Positions 48,222-60,616 of a stretch of 64,000 nt of DNA are shown here, in pieces (position 1 is the first letter of the stretch; every line of letters begins with the position of its first letter). The stretch is from NCBI GenBank assembly GCA_043228905.1, contig JBHGNT010000027.1, positions 429,058 through 493,057 on the forward strand, written 5' to 3'. A program made the position numbers and the translations under genes. The DNA is from Azolla caroliniana (lineage: Eukaryota > Plantae > Polypodiophyta). The notes beneath the pieces were generated by a model. It made no database searches, was not told the origin of the DNA, and was given only the letters and a program-made list of their open reading frames with translations.

Positions 48222-50563
48222 GTTATTTATTTAATGAATTCACACGAAACGGTTTGTACATGAAAGAGTCTTGGCTACTATAATCAATGTAAGGGAGATG
48301 AATCCTATTGCAAATACAATCGGAATGAAGAAATCCTAAAATCCAATAATCAGTTCCACAACCGAAGAGACTTCTAGATCTTTCAGGATTTCTAGGCCAC
48401 CCGAAAGATCGGGTAGTGTATTCTACGACAGATTGAGGAGCACCTGCGGGAACAACTCTTCGTTGTTATTTTAAAGAGTTGCGATGTCCTCGTGCAATTC
48501 GGTCTATAATCTTTCTAAGCTGTTTATGACTATGGGCATGTCTTATCCAATCTGTTTCTTTTCCTCGGTGCTTTATACCTAGGGCAGTCTCCTGCATTCA
48601 TGGCAGTTCCTATGGTTGCAAAAACAACAAGGAGTCGGTTCCCGTATATACCCGGCTTTTCTTGTATGCTTTCGGCAAGCAAAAAAAACGCTAGCGGGCC
48701 TACCACGCTTCGCGCCTGCGTCTTTGCCAGACAGTATTTGCCAGTAGTGCCATCCCACCCGACCTGAGGATTTAGTTTGTCCCTTGCTAAAATATCTTTG
48801 AAGAACTTGTACTGATTTTCCAGGTCGGTCCTCGCGAGCGGATATGGGCCCTAGAGGATGGTGTAGAAACTCTCTGCCCGTAAGTCGTGCCTGAAAGCGG
48901 TTCATCCGGGTGAAGCCGGCGGCGAGGAATTGACTGGTGCTGCGTTCACTGCTTGCTCGAAGGCCCGTATCCGCGCAGGCAGTAAGCAACAGATTGGTTC
49001 GTAACAAAAACAGCTTAGAAAAGAAAAAGAATAAAGTTATTTCCTATTAAACTAGTGATTGTAAAGAAAAAAATCCTTCACAACGCCAAGGTATTTTAGC
49101 AAGACACTACATAAGACTTTCGCCCTGGATGATATATGGGTTCTCATGAGAAAGAATGGTCGGTTTCCTTTTAATGAAGTAAAATCCACACCTTGACGCC
49201 CGGAATCCCGTAACGAGTGAATGTTTATTAGGAACCGAACTGATGGGCTTTCCCTAAAGTAACACCAAAAGTCTACCTCCTTTCGTGCGTCCTTCGCCTC
49301 CTCCTAAATAAATTCACTTTCTCTAAAGTAGCCCAATGGATTGTTAACAAGTTCTACGATATACTTATCTTCAAGCCAACCAAGTACTTTAGCACCTTAT
49401 TGCATACATGTTCGAACTCAACTCCAGGTCGCGTATAATCACTCTCATTGCAATCAACCATGGCTACTCCAATATTAATTAATTTTGGCTTTCTTTCTAT
49501 AAACTTTCGTTCCAGCCAGGGAAACGGTGAAGGATAGTGATTTACGGCATGACTGTACAGTTTAGCCGTCACCACTTGTAATTTGAGTCGATAGCCAAAC
49601 ACGGATTATGCCCTCTACGCAGACAGAGAACCGCCCAACCTAGCTGCGCAAATTGCTTGCTTGCTTGCTTGCTTGCTTGCCCCCTTCTTGCGGATGCGGA
49701 AGAACTTGCTTGCTGCTAAGTTTTATTAGCGCAGGTGAAGGCCTTTCCGCTGTCTGTGAGGCGGATAACGGGCAATCTCACTCATTGCGCTGTTTTATTG
49801 ACTTCGCCACGGCACCACTTTTTTGGCGGATAAACGGCCTTCATGCTGCCGTTAGTCGAGGCGGCCCGATGAACCAGTGCAGCAGAAAAGAATTTCGGTT
49901 ATAGAATGGCCGGTCTCTTTCACTTGCTTCTGATCAAAGGCCGGCAGAGAAGTAGCCGTACAGATAGCATAGGCTGCGGCCTATTCTTGCAGAGAAAACA
50001 ACTTCGAGAATGATAACCCGTAGGTACCGGTGGGTTCGATCAGTCCCTGGAGTTCGCTAGGTGATATCTATACGGCAAGGAGGATATGAAGCTATCCCTA
50101 CGGAATCCAATCCCTGTGGTCCTAGATCGGTCCCGAAGCACTAGTCCGGTACCTGCTGCAATCAGTCCCTATGGTACTTGCTGCAACCAGTCCCGAACCC
50201 AAAGGTTTGCTACGCTGCCGCTGTAGGCATAGTTGGTACCGATGTTCACTGAGATTGGGAATCCCCGCTTCGTGCTGATCGTATCGTATTCTCTTCGCTT
50301 ATTGCAGCTGTGGTAATCGAGGCTTTGCTTTGTATTCTCGAAGTACGAACGCTAGCTGATCGCTTCGTATCCTTTCAACCGTTGAGGAGCTGCAACTGCT
50401 TGGCGTTGTCTATGGCCATGATTGTATCGCGGTTGGTTCGGGCGGGAATCAATCAAATCGCCACTTTTCACGCGCCCGCCGGTTCATCCCGGAGGAACCG
50501 CACAGGAGTAATTCAGACTGTTTCTCTAGTCAATTTCGCGTGACCGTAAGACGCAATTCTGCA

Positions 50564-50635
50564 AGCGGAAAAAGGGACTCGAACCCTCAACTCCAGCCTT
50601 GGCAAGGCTATACTCTACCATTAAGCTATTTCCGC
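50564..50635 (-). tRNA. trnG: tRNA-Gly(GCC), copy 2
   Basis: Identical to 31763-31834. Confidence 0.95.
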
Positions 50636-51378
50636 CAGCGGAACCAGAGCCGAGTGCGGTTCTTCCCCCGTAGAGAAAGCGCTATAGCTTTCGGGGGAAG
50701 AACCGCAATGAAGACTTCATTGCGGTTCCCTTGGAACTATTGACTTGAGACTTCGATGACTCATCGATAGGTCCATGCCCGGAGAGATTCGAACTATCCC
50801 GGATTCGAAGTTTGGTGCTCGAGCTACAGGCACAAGTTGACCTTACAGACCGAACAGAGGCTAGTAAAATCTAACGCTTAGCTTAGAAGGTCGTAAGATC
50901 AGACCAGACTTCGCCCGGAAAACGAACGTAAAGCATTGAAAGAGCGTTGCTTAGTGGCTGGCTTTGGCCGCCTTTACGACCCAAAGACGAATCTCCGGGT
51001 CCCAGCTTATTATCCTGCAATGTTACGGATTGACTGTTACTGGTGCTAGGTAAGGAGTTTCAGTTTTGGGCGTCACTTTCGAAATATCTCGAGTAATGGG
51101 TTCATGTGAGTGCATGAACAATCCAACTACTCTACTAGGCTGCTTCCCGCCCTGTTTCGCAGCTTGCTCCCCTTCGGCGGCACGGCACGGCACGGCACGG
51201 CACGGCACGGCACGGCACGCACGCACCTGTCTTCCCGCATTCCGTCCGCTGAGCGCAAAGCGTCGACAAAGAAAGCAGCTACCTTTTCATTATTATACTG
51301 TAATCCCAGCGCAAACAAAAAAACTGCCATGAATATCGAGAACGGAACAAGAAGCCACAACGAAATCAAGTCAAGTCT

Positions 51379-51613
51379 ACGGAAGCTTAATCCGTTTGTT
51401 CTTCGTAAACAATTGGATACAAAGTCAGTACTAACCCATAAGGCTCTGTTTCAGATTCAAAACTAGGGTTCAGCTATGAGATTTGACTCTAGGTCACGCC
51501 TTCGGTTTGTGTTTTCCGCTTGAAACATAATATCACTCGTTGTACCGGAACGGATCCCTGAAAAGTTACTTAATCCGCTGTTAGCGTCAAAAATTGTAAA
51601 CCCCCTGAAGTTC
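51379..51613 (+). pseudogene. rpl6: 3'-truncated rpl6 copy
   Basis: Identical to 32578-32812; diverges after KPPEV. Confidence 0.8.
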
Positions 51614-51892
51614 TGCTTAACTCTGTTTGTTTGTGAAATCAACAATTGCGGCTTACATCCGACACGGGTCCCGCCCATTCTCCCATCTGGCACCCTCTCA
51701 TAATGTATCACTCTTGGCATGCCCACGGCCGGGTAGGCGCGAATTCTTCCAGTCTATGCCGCCGCCCTATCATATAGTCTGTTACATATATATAGGTGAA
51801 TGCTCGCGGGAAACAGCGGCGTTCTCTGCCCAAGCACTATGAACAAACTGCCATGAGTACCGAGGACGGAAAGGTAATGGACAGAAACAGAT

Positions 51893-52807
51893 ATGTTGGC
51901 ATCAGGATCCAAAATTCGTCGTTAGATGAGAGAAAACGTTTGGCATAAAAAACTCAATCCGAGAAAGAGAGCCCTTATTCGGGAGTGGGGATTTCCCTTT
52001 ATTTGAAAAGAGAGGCTTTTGACAAAATCGTGGAAAAGAGGGAAATCTGGGAATCTGGCCGACCTAATTCTGGGGTTCTCCTCTTCCCGAAAGGAGCTCC
52101 GGAAAAGACCATTCGAAAGATGAAAATCTGAAGATTTCTCTGAAAAATCACATGCTTCGTGAAAGTCGTCCCTCTCTTACGGATTACCCATGAAAGGAAA
52201 GATATAGAGGCTCGAACCGTTACTAAAAACTATTAAAGAGAAACACATCAATCTTTTACCCTTTCTAGAAAAAAGATTGGACGTTATTCCGGTTTGCATT
52301 CCCTTTCGCGAACATATTCTCTAAGCCAGATAGCCAATAAATCATAAACATATTTATGCCAATCCCAAAGTAGTCAATATTCTCGGTTCCACGGTACCCT
52401 GCGGTGATCTTACACCCATTAAAGAAGCTTCTTGAGATCTTACCAAACTAAACATAGTGTAATGCAGAGGAAAAAAAGAATGAATTAGAAAATCGATAGA
52501 ATAACTGAAATAAAGAAAATGATCTCTTTCAAGGCCTCTCTCCTATCTCTTCATTCATAAAGATTCTTCCTATTATCCTTCCAGTCACAAAGGTTATTGG
52601 ATACCTGAGAAGTATCCTCTTTTCTGAAAAAAAACTTCTCTTTTTTCTTTTCATTGTCTAGACTATTACTACCCACATTATCTGGAGGTTGAGTATGAAA
52701 AACCTAATGTTGTGGTATTCCCCGAACCTCACCATAATTATCTGAAACTTTCCTATAAGAATAAAATAGAGAAACACTGTCTTCCCCAAAACAGGAAAAC
52801 AAAGTAG
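51893..52807 (+). CDS. rps4: Ribosomal protein S4
   Basis: M.AS..K..R(Q)..ENVW, LEKRLDVI.V, (Q)AR(Q).INH..I..N..VVNI....V..GDL, PHYLEV.Y. Confidence 0.88.
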
Positions 52808-52933
52808 CTCGAATAGATCTTGTAAATCATTCATTGGCGGAGCAATTTAATTGCTAACTCCTATTGTTCCCTCTCAATACATATGTGATCAGTACTGTGT
52901 ATGTGATATTTCAATTCACACACAATAGATTAT

Positions 52934-52984
52934 TTGCCTCGCCGGCAAGGCGGCTATTCGCCTCAAACGCCGCCGGCGAGGCAA
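52934..52984 (+). terminator. Stem-loop ~130 nt downstream of rps4
   Basis: TTGCCTCGCCGGC...GCCGGCGAGGCAA is a perfect 13-bp inverted repeat. Confidence 0.55.
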
Positions 52985-54329
52985 ACGCCGCTTTCTTTGC
53001 GCCTGCCGTGAAATGGGCGTTCAGAAAGAAATTAGTCTAGGTCACTCAGAGCTGGAATCGGTCAAGTGCCCTTCCCCTGCAGTTCCAAACGTCAAGTTCC
53101 ATGCCAAGGGTAGACCAATATGTTAGGGAATGCAAGAGAGAGATAAGCAATCTTGAGAAGAACTTATTGAAAGAAATGAAAGGGTTGTCCTATCAATCAC
53201 AAATTGAATCAATTCGTGAGAAGTGGGACACTATAAAGGAAGAAGGTGCGGTGGTGGATTCTGCCTACTCAAATAATGTCAATGTTGGGCGGAGTGAGAC
53301 TGATGAGGACCTACCCAATGATCAGTGCGTGAGAAAAGGAATAGAGCGCAAAGAGAAGGGTAAAGGGACCGAATAACCACGCCTAGATACTGAGACCATA
53401 GCGCCACCTGACTGAGAGGGGGAACCCCTATAGAAAGAGAAGCCCTGGAGGGCCGGCCGGCCGGCCTGAGAGCCGCCGTTCGGGTCCGGGATGGCCAACT
53501 GACTGAAGAGAGCATCCTCATTCTCCGCCGCTAGCAACCTTGGGCCGGTTCGTTAGGCCTAGCAAAGAGTTTTTCATCACCATACCATTTTTCACGAGAA
53601 ATGAGAAGAGAGGAGCCCGCAAGTGATATGAAGACGACCAGCCGCCCGCGCTACATGATTCTAAGACTGATGGGCAAGGACACATGGAGAGGCTGGAAAC
53701 GGCGGAAAACCACCTTATCATTCAGCAATGTGCATTGAAGAATACGTCCGGGAATATACAGAAAGCAAATGGATCAACAGGAAAAATGAAAAAAGAGGTC
53801 GACGCAACAACTTCTTTATTGCTGCAGCAGAAAGATGCTTTGCTGCATTGGGCTCATAAAACAAAGCACGAAAGCCACCCATTCCCCTTTGGTTTCCGGT
53901 GGGAGAGATAGGAGGCGGCACCCAACAGATAGAAGGGCCAAGGCCTAGCTCTGTGCTTGGCTTTTTAACAGGATGGCGGAAAGGAAGGAAGTTATTGGAT
54001 TTGAGGAGGAAAAGTAGAGCCGGGAGCCAAGGATTTGTGATAGTAAATATCGCAGCACGCCCAACGAATCTTAGCAGGGTCCCTCGGTTCCGCGATGCTC
54101 TAGATGTTAAGAAGATAAGTTCCTCGAGTTTGGGAGTAAAGTCTCTTCCGGGGCTGGTGTTAGATTTCATTCTTTTGCTCTTCGGAGAAGTCCTTCATTT
54201 AAGTAAGCTTGCCCTCTAACTCATTTCCTAGTGGAATCGCGCGCGGAGAATCTCGAGTTGACCCGGGCCGCCTATCCAGTCGTTAGGCTGAGCTTCCTTT
54301 ATATAGTAAATTCTCTTTTTTTTATCGCA

Positions 54330-54635
54330 CTCTGTATACTAAACTCGGGTAATACGTAGTTGAGTTCTGTCACCAATTATGCCAGCAGGGGCGCCGGGCA
54401 GAGGTAGTGGCTGGTACAAGGGCCAAGCCATTGAAGTATACCTGGATCCCAAAGAGAAGCAATCCGATATTAGGAGTCGGAGCAATTCGAGGTGTTCCCT
54501 CGACCTCTCGGTTTGAGAATTCCCTTTGATTCTTGTCTTTCATTCGGTAAGCCAGATGCTTTGTGGACTGTAGAAGTAGTCCGGTGCGTTTCGTTGCACT
54601 TCCACCACCTGTTAGATTAGAAGAGGTCAACGCCC
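54330..54635 (-). pseudogene. Orphan 5' fragment of a group II intron paralogous to cox2i373g2
   Basis: 54515-54610 closely matches 57407-57501; begins GGGCG; no host exon or domain V recognised. Left end approximate. Confidence 0.6.
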
Positions 54636-56139
54636 GTACCTGTCAGGTACAGACTCTGAGTCGCTTATCTTATGACTGGTGTAGCAGGAAGTCGTGAAGC
54701 AACCGCCCGCCGTCTAGGCTGACCTAGACACCATGAAACAGTCCTCATAGTTTTGTCATTAAAGTTAGCTATACACACTGTTAGGTCCAGCTCAGGGGCT
54801 GACCGAGCTAGCACTGGACGCTCCCTAACCACCCTGAGGATAGAACTGTACCTGGCCTGTGTAGGGTAAGGATATGGCCTGGTTAGACTGAGCGGCAGCT
54901 ATCAAGGTGAGGGTCTGTCCCTCTAGACAAAGGGCACTAAGGAGAAGAAGGTTGACAGTTGCTCAGACAGAGTATCAGTGATGCCTTTCACATTGAGCCT
55001 CTTCCTTTGGCCTACCAAACCTATAGCGACACTGTCCACGTAGTGGCGCCGGGCTAGGCCTAATAAGTGAGCCAGAGGATATGGACAAGCAGGCCACCTT
55101 AACCGACTCTACGATGTGTAGTGTAGGCCCATTAGCCTCCCCGTCAAAGGTAATGTTAAGTAGGTCAGACAACGGCTTAAGGTCTCTCTGACCCAGTCGT
55201 CGTCTAAAGTAAAGGAGACACCTATACGGACGGTGCAGCAGTCATCTCCTGTGGGTACAAGCTCACTTAGAGCGCAGCAAACAAAGTCCGTACAATAGCT
55301 GAAGTGTTAGCACCGCAACACCGTTAGCTATCTTTCTGGCCTTCCCAGCCTCTTGGAAGTAAGCCGTATACGAACAGCACAGTACTCCTGCCGAAAGCAG
55401 GATTGGTTCACATAGCTCCCAGCGCTCACTGGACAGCCACCAATCCCATCATGAAACCCCTTTTCGCCGGCTTCATCCGGCCCATTCTGTCCACTATAAA
55501 CAATACAACACCACATAAACAATGCATTTTGTCCACGTCCACTATGACAAGAAGGCTATATATAATGAGAGAAACAACAATACCAATAAATAAGTCTTCT
55601 TAATCCAAATAAAGTTATCTTTCTATGAGAAAATCTAACACTAGGCCTAGTGTTGTAAGTTGATAACGCATATTAAATTAAGCAGTTTCATTGTGCATTT
55701 CAACTTTTTTTTGAAAAATAGCATGAACTGCTTTATACAACCCGTCGCACAGACACTAGTTTATAGGGTGAGATGGGGGATTCATTAAGCCCCCATCCCG
55801 AAGTGCCTACTTGGGCCAGCATGCACCTATTCTTTCTTTCTTTATCAATGAGATACAAAGGAAATTAATCCACCGGAGTCACACATACGTAATCGGGATT
55901 GCGATAAAGTTGCTTGCACATTCGGTCGGGACCGTGGTCCAAGCTTGCTTGTCGAGACGTACTTCGGTTTCTCGATCGAATGAAACTCTTGGAATTGCGC
56001 TTCATAACCTTTGGCGGCATAGAGGTTGATTTTTCCCGCAACAGATAATGGTGGTTTGGTTTCTCTTTCAAAAAAAGAGAGACCTCTAATCTAATCTAGA
56101 AGGAGACGACACCAGCATTATTGATGATTGCATTACTGT

Positions 56140-56516
56140 TTACTGACCGGATACCCACTCCAGATAATCATTCTTAGAAACAACTTCCACGACAGTAAGC
56201 GTAAACGCATAATTAGTTCCACAGATCTCGCTGCGCTAACCATGGTAAACTCCCTCTCATTATGTAAAAATGGAAGTCTGATTCGAACAACCGGGTACAG
56301 CATCACATTTAGCACCTGGGAAAGGTACAGCCCGACTATAAAGTACATCAGCCAAAGTTATAATCATACATAAATAAGTCTTGGCTAGTACAACTACTCA
56401 ATTGTCCACTTCTGGTAGACGTGATTAACCTAATTCCAGATCATCCTCCGAAATCATATAACTGTCAAAAGTTAATGACTATTCATCGGAACTGTTATAG
56501 TCTGAATACTCATAAG
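56140..56516 (-). CDS. cox2: Cytochrome c oxidase subunit 2, exon 2
   Basis: [11 protein letters not shown](Q)[13 protein letters not shown](R)VVV, ADVL.S.AVP, KCDAVPG and G(Q).SEICGTN.AF; no cox2i691. Confidence 0.95.
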
Positions 56517-57065
56517 GTTGGGTCGGCGGCCAGCCCTTCTTTAGGTTCATTCGCCTCCCTCCAAACTGTACTTGCAAGTTTCCCTGCAGACAGCTCTCCA
56601 CGCCTATTAACACTTGAAGAGTATACTGTTGCTAGGTCCGTCCTTCTCGAGCGAGTCTTTCAGGCAGGGATAGACCGTCTCTGGCGGATCGAACGATGAT
56701 ATTCCTGGCAAGCTAGGAGTCTGTTTCCCGTTCAATCAAGCCATGATCCTAGTCTTTTTCGTTCGACAGGGTGACTTTCCAAACAAGGAGACTAATATGT
56801 CTTACCTGAAATAATACTTACATTTTCATTTACGGTCAATTCTCTGTGATCTTTGAGTTTCCACTGAATTTCGCAACGTTCCTTACTGCGAGCAGTTGAG
56901 ACCCGACCCAAAAAAAGGGGGGTGGAGTATAAGCGCTGGTCCCCTTCGGTAAAGTGCTTGTGCTCGCTGTTACCTACTGTGGGACCTCCGTACCCGAGGA
57001 AGGCAGAGCAGGAACAGTCAACCTTCGGCCTCGCTCCTCCTCTGGTAGTTTTGTAACCACTGTGG

Positions 57066-57102
<37 letters not shown>

Positions 57103-57518
57103 GCCAACACGTCGGGAATCCCCCATTCCAGAGATGACGGGGTCAGGCCCGTTAGGTCCGAAGTTGTATGCCACTAGCTGTAGTGCCGATAGACTTATTA
57201 CTTCAGCGCCGTCATTGAACATCGCAAGCTGAGCATCCATTTCCTGTACATTGCCTATACTGGAAGCGGGAATGCGTACCTCCAACGACTCCGAGAATGG
57301 AACCATAGGCTTCTCATTGGCTAGGGGAGCCTTCTCAATGCATAGGTAGCACCTCAACTTCCCGTTTCTGGCACGCTCTAGTCTCTTGAGTCTCCCGACG
57401 TCAGACGAGAATTTCCCTTGATTCTCGTCTCTCATTTGGTAAGCCAGATACTTTGTGGACTGTAGAGGTAGTCCGGTGCGTTTTGTTGCACTTCCATCAC
57501 CTTCGTCAAAGGGCGCAC
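56517..57518 (-). other. Group II intron cox2i373g2
   Basis: 5' GTGCGCC after AIGH(Q)(W)Y(W); domain V GAGCTGTCTGCAGGGAAACTTGCAAGTACAGTTT; ends CCCAAC. Confidence 0.92.
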
Positions 57519-57924
57519 TCCGATACCGTTAATGTCCAATAGCTTTGATGATAATGGCTAGATCTACCACCTAGTCCATCAAATATAATAAAGCGAAAGA
57601 TAGTATAACAATAAACATCAGAACGAAACTGAGAGGAATGGTCCAAATAATCTCTGTAGTAGTTCCGTGAACCATTCTTTCAGGAATGGGGTTTCTTCGA
57701 TAATGGAAATGCCATAAAGTGCGGACCAACATCCATAGTACGAAGATCAGAATAATGATTAAGAGGACCGGAATATCGTGATGTGAGTCAATTATTCCTT
57801 ACATCATAGGTATGGCTGCGTCCTAAAATCCCAATTACCAAGGTTCTGCGGCGTCACGAGGAGCAATTGGGACGAATAGCTACCAAAAAAGGGTTCTCGA
57901 AATCACTAAGAGGCGTGTGCCCAT
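57519..57924 (-). CDS. cox2: Cytochrome c oxidase subunit 2, exon 1 (ATG 57924 from a cox1-derived patch, or GTG 57906)
   Basis: DAAEPW(Q)LGF(Q)DAA.PMM(Q)[25 protein letters not shown] and IKAIGH. Confidence 0.95.
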
Positions 57925-59072
57925 TACGAAAGAATCATGCTCAAATATTCCTTTCAACGACTTCTAAGTCTGTTCGGTTTTTTCCCTTTTTCTCTCTCCT
58001 CCATATGCATGGGAGTTAAAGGTTGGTTCTTCAACAAGTCGCAGCAATGCAATGCAATGCAATGCAATGAAGGCCTTCGCTTTGTCTCGTCGACCGCAAA
58101 CAAAGCGGCGATGGGCTGGCTTTCCGCGTTTCCGTAAAGAAAATCGAAAGAACTCTGATTGATTCTTATTCGTAGTTGGGATGCAGGGATAGATTTATTT
58201 CTTCCTCGAAGAACCGTACGAACGATTAGGCCGCTGCGATTTCCACACGCAGACACGCGGATTCAGCATGAAGGGCGGGCGATTTATTCCCCGATCGAAC
58301 GAATGAATGAATGAATGAATAGGGTGTCGTTCGCAATGACAAGGAACGTTAGCTGGAAACGCGGTCAACTAACGGGCACAAGTGCAATATTTTCATTTTG
58401 GTGTGACTCTTGGTTGGAGAAGGCCACACCACAGTTGGTCTCTTCTCCATAAGCCGGACCGCCAACGTCAAGGCGAGATCACATTGGTCCAGTCCCCGCA
58501 TAGCCAGTGGAAGGGTGAGGTGCATCCACTCAGATAGCATGGGGAGGTCGAATGACTGCGGCCACGTCAATCCGCTTCTTTTCTTTTCTTGTTGGGCCGC
58601 TAGCAATTGTCTAGCTTCTGCGTTTAGTTTTTTTTTTCGCTCTCGAACGGTTACGATGAACCGGTGCATATGGCCGGAGAACCAACCTTTGGTTCGAGAT
58701 GGATTCGGCCTTCCCTTACGTCATGTTCATGGCCTTGCATTCCAATGATCACTGCGCTTCACTTGGCTCCAGAGAGCAAGAAGGCCTAGCTAGAACAACA
58801 ATCTCAGTGACAAAATTGACCTCGGCTAGAAGGTTACGTAAGTGAATTTCAGTCGGGCCAGCAGCAGTGTTCACATGTTCATAGATGCTCCAATGAAAAA
58901 GCATAAACATCACGAAGCCCGTCTAAAGTTTAGTTTTTTTCTTCGCTGAAAAGCAGCAGCTCTCGATACACTGGTGCATATGGCCGGAGAACCAACCTTT
59001 GGTTCGAGATGGATTCGGCCGAAGGGAGTGAGAACCGGCGTGTTGGCATTAACAATCATGCTCTCATCTTTC

Positions 59073-59606
59073 GAATCAGTCGTTACGGGGTCAATGAGCT
59101 AGCTCGTAGCTACGAGAGAGATTCCCTAAGAACAAGGTGGTTCTGGAATACGAGATAAAGCAACGAGGACAGTGGGAACAAGACCTTTTGGTGGTGGGAC
59201 CCTGGACTGTTTAAGTGTTGGTCCCGGGGCACCTATCCTGGCGCATTCTTGCTTGCTTGCTTGCTTGCTGAACCCGGGTTGGCGTTAGCTAACCGCCTAC
59301 CAAACTTGACCTGCTTTCATCTTGGGGCCTGACCCGCTTTATTCCTCGTCGTTGAGGGCGTGCTTGCTTGCTTGCTTGCTTGCTTGCTGGGGCACTCGAC
59401 CGCAATAAAGGGAGAGAAGCTTTCACGACTTCCCACGGTGTGGCCATTACTCTCAAAGGGTAAGCTGGTTTCACCGTTATGAGCCAGTTATTGAAAAAGC
59501 GTTCGCACGCTTGTGGGGCGAAAGGCCAGAGGAGGACTCCTTTTCCCTCTTCTTGTGGTCCTTCGGACTTCAACAAAGGAACGGCGGAGTCGTAGCTCTT
59601 TGATTC
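59073..59606 (-). other. 5' part of the rrnL group I intron, copy 2
   Basis: Identical to 41000-41533. Confidence 0.65.
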
Positions 59607-60616
59607 ACCCCTAGCCACGAGTCATCCCCGTATTTTGCCACATACGTGAGTTCGGTCCTCCAAGGCCTCTGTGGAGAGCTCGATTCAACCTGCTCGTGGC
59701 TAGATCAATCGGTTTCGGGTCAAATAGAAACAACGCCGAAGATTCAACCTCGTTGCGCCTACACCTAATGGCTTAAGCCGCTGTTCCCATTCACTCGCTG
59801 ACCCATTATGCAAAAGGTACGCCGTTAGGGTGGAAAGTGCTAAAGCGAGAGCCGACAACGCGAAGCTTCGCTCAAGGGTTCGCGTATGCGAACATTAGTG
59901 GCTTTGCCTCCGAAAGCTACAGCGCTTTCTCAGCTTCGCGTATGCGTTCCATCGAACATTAGTGGCTTTGCCGCATTTTCTCAGCTTCGCTCTTCCGACT
60001 GATAGTTTGCATCGGATTTCAGGTTTTCTATTGCACTCCCGGCATACGGCGGGGTCTTTTCACTTTTCCCTCACGGTACTTGTGGTACGCTATCGGTCAT
60101 TGAGGAATACTTAGGCGCGGGGGTGGTCCCCCTTAGTCACGTAAAGCGATCATTATTCAAACACGGTATCCGCGTTTTGTAATGGTAATCAAACTTGCCA
60201 GGAAAGATCTACGGGGCTATCACCTTCTTTGGCCAGATCTTCCAACCTTTTCAGAATTCCTTGAGGAAGGGTTCCCACCCTTCCCTCTACTGCAAGTTCT
60301 CCCCCGCACGGGGCCAGGGAAAGCGGCCCTTCTGGGCTGGGGCCCCTTCCCTTTTCTTTGCCTAATCCGCTTTCGCTCGCCGCTACTAACGGAGTCTCAG
60401 TTGATTTCCTTTCCTTTAGCTACAATGATGTTTCAGTTCGCTAAGTTTCTCAAGTCCGAGGCAGAGCCGCAGCACACGGCATGCCCGGCAAGCTTGGATA
60501 CGGTTTCCCGATTGGAAACCCATGGATCACAGACGGTATCTCCCCATGGCCTTTCGCCTTTGGAAGCGTCCTTCCCTCTCAATGCCCAGGCATCCATCCA
60601 ATGCATTCTTTTCGAT
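59607..60616 (-). rRNA. rrn26: Mitochondrial 26S rRNA, 5' segment, copy 2
   Basis: Identical to 41534-42543. Confidence 0.93.

Larger units (their letters stand above)
48242..51613 (+). repeat. Direct repeat R4, copy 2
   Basis: Matches 29441-32812. Confidence 0.95.

Noticed and set aside
53718-54170. 150-aa ORF as sdh3 or atp8
   Set aside because: Diagnostic motifs (NRPLSPHL, MPQLD) were not found.
55865-56071. Basic ORF downstream of cox2 as rps12
   Set aside because: It lacks the CPQK and PKKPNSA motifs.
1029-57924. Treating stop-riddled genes as pseudogenes
   Set aside because: No frameshifts were found, exon phases are consistent, and the deviations are dominated by C/T changes at conserved codons, which is the signature of editing.
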